Assembly (NCBI GenBank): GCA_965217035.1
Contig: OZ244226.1
Coordinates: 1,780,146 to 1,844,145 of the forward strand
Direction: 5' to 3'
Origin: Bacteriovoracaceae bacterium
GTDB lineage: Bacteria > Bdellovibrionota > Bacteriovoracia > Bacteriovoracales > Bacteriovoracaceae
DNA length: 64,000 nt
Positions 60,901-64,000 of the stretch are shown here, piece after piece (within the stretch, counting starts at the first letter, position 1; the number at the start of each line of letters is the position of its first letter). The position numbers and the translations under genes were made by a program. The notes below the pieces were generated by a model that saw only the letters and a program-made list of their open reading frames with translations, searched no databases and had not been told where the DNA came from.

Positions 60901-60977
60901 TGGTCGGAGCGAGAGGATTTGAACCTCCGACCCTCTGCTCCCAAAGCAGATACGCTACCAGACTGCGCTACGCTCCG
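60901..60977 (-). tRNA. tRNA-Pro(TGG)
   Basis: Reverse complement CGGAGCGTAGCGCAGTCTGGTAGCG...TCTGC-TTTGGGA-GCAGA...GGTTCAAATCC...CTCCGACCA, 77 nt with encoded CCA. Confidence 0.97.
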
Positions 60978-61021
60978 ACTTTTCTGTGAGATCCGAATTT
61001 ATCAATTCTACTAAAATGTGT

Positions 61022-61597
61022 CTACTGTTGCTTTAAAAAGTTCTGAAGCGCCTGTATTGCCTTCGATCGGTGTCCTTCTTGGTTCTTGAAAGTGGTGTCT
61101 GTGGCAAAGCTCTGCCCTTGGTTATTGATAGGCATGAATATAGGGTCGTAACCAAAGCCTTCTTTTCCAACAAGATCCTCCCCGATCAGTCCATGGCACC
61201 GACCCTCAAAAAAGAAAATTTCCTCTGGTGAAAGGTAAAGGCAAAGAACACAAACGAAATAAGCTTTTCGATTTGATTCATTCGCTTCTGAATAGAGGTC
61301 TAAAACGGCATGACATTTCCCATGATAGTCTTCATGTTCGGGCGCAAACCGGGCTGAGTAAACTCCAAGTTTATTAGGAAAAGCTTCGAGTACTAACCCT
61401 GAATCATCAGAAAGTGAAGGTATTCCAAATTTATCAAAATAAGCTTTTGCTTTTATTAAGGCATTTTCGTGAAAAGTTGTTCCAGTCTCGGGAACATCAA
61501 GTTTTTCTGGAGCCGCTTGAAGGTCGACTTTGTCTTTTAGAAGAGTGCCAATTTCTTCAACCTTATGGGGGTTAGATGAAGCAAGATTGACTTTCAT
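61022..61597 (-). CDS. rdgB: RdgB/HAM1 non-canonical purine NTP pyrophosphatase
   Basis: [29 protein letters not shown]. Confidence 0.93.
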   Translation of the reverse strand: MKVNLASSNPHKVEEIGTLLKDKVDLQAAPEKLDVPETGTTFHENALIKAKAYFDKFGIPSLSDDSGLVLEAFPNKLGVYSARFAPEHEDYHGKCHAVLDLYSEANESNRKAYFVCVLCLYLSPEEIFFFEGRCHGLIGEDLVGKEGFGYDPIFMPINNQGQSFATDTTFKNQEGHRSKAIQALQNFLKQQ

Positions 61598-62283
61598 GAG
61601 AGAGCTTCACTTTGCTTTCTAAAAACATCTGATAAGCAACTTCTAGAACATTCAATGATTTGCTGAAACTGTTCTGGTGTAAAAGGTTCTCCTTCTGCTG
61701 TTCCTTGAACTTCTACAAAGTTCCCTGAGCTTGTCATGACAACGTTCATATCAGTTTCACAACTTGAATCTTCTTCATAATTAAGATCAGCAATAACGTT
61801 TCCTTCTTTATTGACTCCGACACTAATTGCAGCCACTTGATGCTTGAGTGCATTTTCTGCACCTAGTTTTTTCAATGCCAAAGCTAAAGCAACATAGGCT
61901 CCAGTGATAGAGGTTGTTCTTGTTCCGCCATCGGCAACAAGGACATCGCAATCAACAGTGATGCTTTTTTCTCCCAGTTTTTTGAGATCAACCGCCGCTC
62001 GTAAACTTCTTCCGATTAATCTTTGAATTTCTTGAGAGCGGCCGGAAATTCCCTTTCTTTCTCTTCTAATTCTTGTATGTGTTGAGCCGGGAAGCATATT
62101 GTATTCCGCTGTTACCCATCCTTCCCCATTTCCTTTCATCCAGGGAGGCACAGACTCTTCTGCAATTGCTGTAATGTGGACTTTCGTATTCCCACATTCT
62201 ATAATGACGCTTCCCGCAGCGTAAGGGTTTACACCTGTTTGAATCTTGATCTCTCTTGGTGTTGATCGCTCAATCGTGCTCAT
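61594..62283 (-). CDS. rph: Ribonuclease PH
   Basis: [28 protein letters not shown]. Confidence 0.97.
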   Translation of the reverse strand: MSTIERSTPREIKIQTGVNPYAAGSVIIECGNTKVHITAIAEESVPPWMKGNGEGWVTAEYNMLPGSTHTRIRRERKGISGRSQEIQRLIGRSLRAAVDLKKLGEKSITVDCDVLVADGGTRTTSITGAYVALALALKKLGAENALKHQVAAISVGVNKEGNVIADLNYEEDSSCETDMNVVMTSSGNFVEVQGTAEGEPFTPEQFQQIIECSRSCLSDVFRKQSEALS

Positions 62284-62293
62284 AGGAGGCTCC

Positions 62294-62989
62294 TTGCAAA
62301 TTGTCCATTTGGATGAATGCCATTCTACTCAAGAATATTTGAAAAACCAATTAAGCGAAGGACAATTGCAGTCTCCAGCCTTGGTTTATACTCATAATCA
62401 AACTTCTGGCAGAGGGAGAAGAAATAAGGTTTGGCATCATTTTGAAGGATCTTTGGCTTTTTCTTTTATAACTCAAAAGTTTGAACCTGTGACTTTTTCT
62501 CCCCTTGCGATTGGAGTTATTCTCTGCGAAAGCTTTAAGGAACTTGGTGTTGATCTAAGATTAAAGTGGCCTAATGATCTTATTTCTTTGGTGGATGGTA
62601 AAAAGGTTGGGGGGATTCTTTCTCAAGTTTACGATGATCAACAAATTCTTTCTGGAGTTGGAATTAATTTATTTCCTCGAGAGGATAAAAAAGAATTTGA
62701 TTACCCTCATGGTTTTGTTTTTAATAAAAATCAAAACTTTGATACAGTTCAGTTCTTCAATTTATTTTCACAGAAACTAGAGAAGAGAAACTTAAATTTT
62801 AAAGAAATTTGGAATCATTTTTGTTCTCACTTAGATAAGAAAGTTTTTATAACGGATCAATCAACGATTGAAGGTTGGTTTAGAGGAGTTGGAGAAAATG
62901 GAGAAGCCCTTCTGGAAAGTGATTTAGGAGAGCTCCTCAAGGTATTTACTGGATCTCTGCGGTTTCTCTCAAGTGAAAATAAAAGCTAG
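62294..62989 (+). CDS. birA: Biotin-protein ligase (no N-terminal HTH)
   Basis: [32 protein letters not shown] start at 62294 with AGGAGG SD. Confidence 0.9.
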   Translation: MQIVHLDECHSTQEYLKNQLSEGQLQSPALVYTHNQTSGRGRRNKVWHHFEGSLAFSFITQKFEPVTFSPLAIGVILCESFKELGVDLRLKWPNDLISLVDGKKVGGILSQVYDDQQILSGVGINLFPREDKKEFDYPHGFVFNKNQNFDTVQFFNLFSQKLEKRNLNFKEIWNHFCSHLDKKVFITDQSTIEGWFRGVGENGEALLESDLGELLKVFTGSLRFLSSENKS

Positions 62990-63566
62990 AGAGAAAGTCA
63001 TTCATAAATTCTTGTAAAATATTTCTTTTCACTTTGTTAAGTATCCAGATCGTTCCGGTTAGATCAAGGCCCTTAGAATTCTCTTCCATATGAATTTTCG
63101 CTTCTTTCATCAATGGAAAGTCTTCGGTCCATGATTCAGGCGTTATCTCCACTAAAAATTTCATTGCTTTTGGGATTTTATTTTTAATAAGAACAATTGC
63201 ACTTTTTGATTTCAGTTTTATTGTAAGAAAGGATTCAATGTTAGTTCTTCTTTCTCGACCACCTGATCCAAAATGATAGTCTAAAATAATATTGTAACAA
63301 AAAACTTCCTTGCATTTTATGGGAATTATTTTTTTTATTTTTGTTTTTGGATGACTGGCAAAGTCTCTAAAAAACTCATGAAGAAAAAGGCTAAACCTTT
63401 TAGGAGAATTCAGTAATCCTCGATTGAGATGAGAGAGGTGAAGCTCTTGGATATGGGGATATTTATCGGTCAGATTATCTATGCGTTGCCCTATTGCCAG
63501 TTGCGTTAAAAAAAGTGAGAGAAATAGAATTAAACCTTTCAAATGAACCTCCTTGAAAAGGTTCAT
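62946..63566 (-). CDS. Hypothetical, probably exported protein
   Basis: 206-aa ORF with a hydrophobic N-terminal segment. Confidence 0.5.
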   Translation of the reverse strand: MNLFKEVHLKGLILFLSLFLTQLAIGQRIDNLTDKYPHIQELHLSHLNRGLLNSPKRFSLFLHEFFRDFASHPKTKIKKIIPIKCKEVFCYNIILDYHFGSGGRERRTNIESFLTIKLKSKSAIVLIKNKIPKAMKFLVEITPESWTEDFPLMKEAKIHMEENSKGLDLTGTIWILNKVKRNILQEFMNDFLSSFYFHLRETAEIQ

Positions 63567-63736
63567 AATCTTGAAAAGATCAGGCTTTGAGAAAGGTGGA
63601 ATTGTTAGATTTTAAAAGTGAAATGGCGCTGCATTAATGCAGTGAAGTTTTATAAGCCAGACCTTATTACTAGACATTTAAACTCCACAATAAGATTATG
63701 TTAGTAAGGTATTATTCACAAAATTAGGAAGCTGAT

Positions 63737-64000
63737 ATGAAGTTAGAACGCCTGCATATTCAAGGGTTTAAGTCCTTCAAGGATAGAACAACGATTCATT
63801 TTGACGATGGAATAACGGGGATTGTTGGGCCGAATGGTTGTGGTAAGTCTAACATCGTTGATGCTCTTTTTTGGGTTATGGGTGAACAGTCCGCGAAGCA
63901 CCTTCGTGGCCAAAAAATGAGTGATCTTATTTTCTCAGGTTCTAAAAAGTATTCTCCAGGTTCTTTTGCTGAGGTGACGCTGGTTCTGAGTAACCTTGAA
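63737..64000 (+). CDS. smc: Chromosome segregation protein SMC (runs off the window end)
   Basis: MKLERLHIQGFKSFKD...GIVGPNGCGKSNIVDA..WVMGEQSAKHLRG. Confidence 0.95.
   Translation, partial: MKLERLHIQGFKSFKDRTTIHFDDGITGIVGPNGCGKSNIVDALFWVMGEQSAKHLRGQKMSDLIFSGSKKYSPGSFAEVTLVLSNLE

Larger units (their letters stand above)
59539..60916. mobile_element. Minimal integrated islet at the tRNA-Pro 3' end (att-like direct repeats, no integrase)
   Basis: TGCTCGGAGCGAGAGG (59539-59554) versus TGGTCGGAGCGAGAGG (60901-60916), 15/16 identical. Confidence 0.7.

Noticed and set aside
62246..62293. birA start at 62246 overlapping rph
   Set aside because: The TTG at 62294 has an AGGAGG SD and avoids a head-to-head overlap.

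Overview
AT-rich bacterial chromosome segment, most likely from a predatory Bdellovibrionota (Bacteriovorax/Halobacteriovorax-like). This is inferred from a TIGR02147-type gene, a RomR-like regulator and a TadC-DUF192-FHA cluster. From left to right it holds: the 3' part of a giant repetitive surface adhesin (open from before base 1); an FKBP lipoprotein; an exported 11-mer-repeat charged protein; tuf joined directly to an S10-spc-alpha ribosomal protein cluster that lacks infA, map and rpsD; tlpA; TIGR02147 with exported neighbours; a PocR-sigma54 activator; an acyl-CoA carboxylase operon; an M16 peptidase, hemW and ompK; grpE-dnaK-dnaJ; an LpoA-like gene, amn, mreB, PilZ and nagZ; a Tad/FHA/PP2C/RomR predation-type locus; two divergent signal-peptide enzymes (DUF2252 kinase-like and an R-S-E ADP-ribosyltransferase); a 1.36-kb insertion at tRNA-Pro(TGG); rdgB-rph, birA and the start of smc. 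The best candidate for an undescribed system is 48.7-60.9 kb: a Kil-like Tad/FHA phospho-signalling apparatus with an unusual TadC fusion, linked to RomR and flanked by putative exported effectors. All calls come from motif recognition by eye. No database searches were run.
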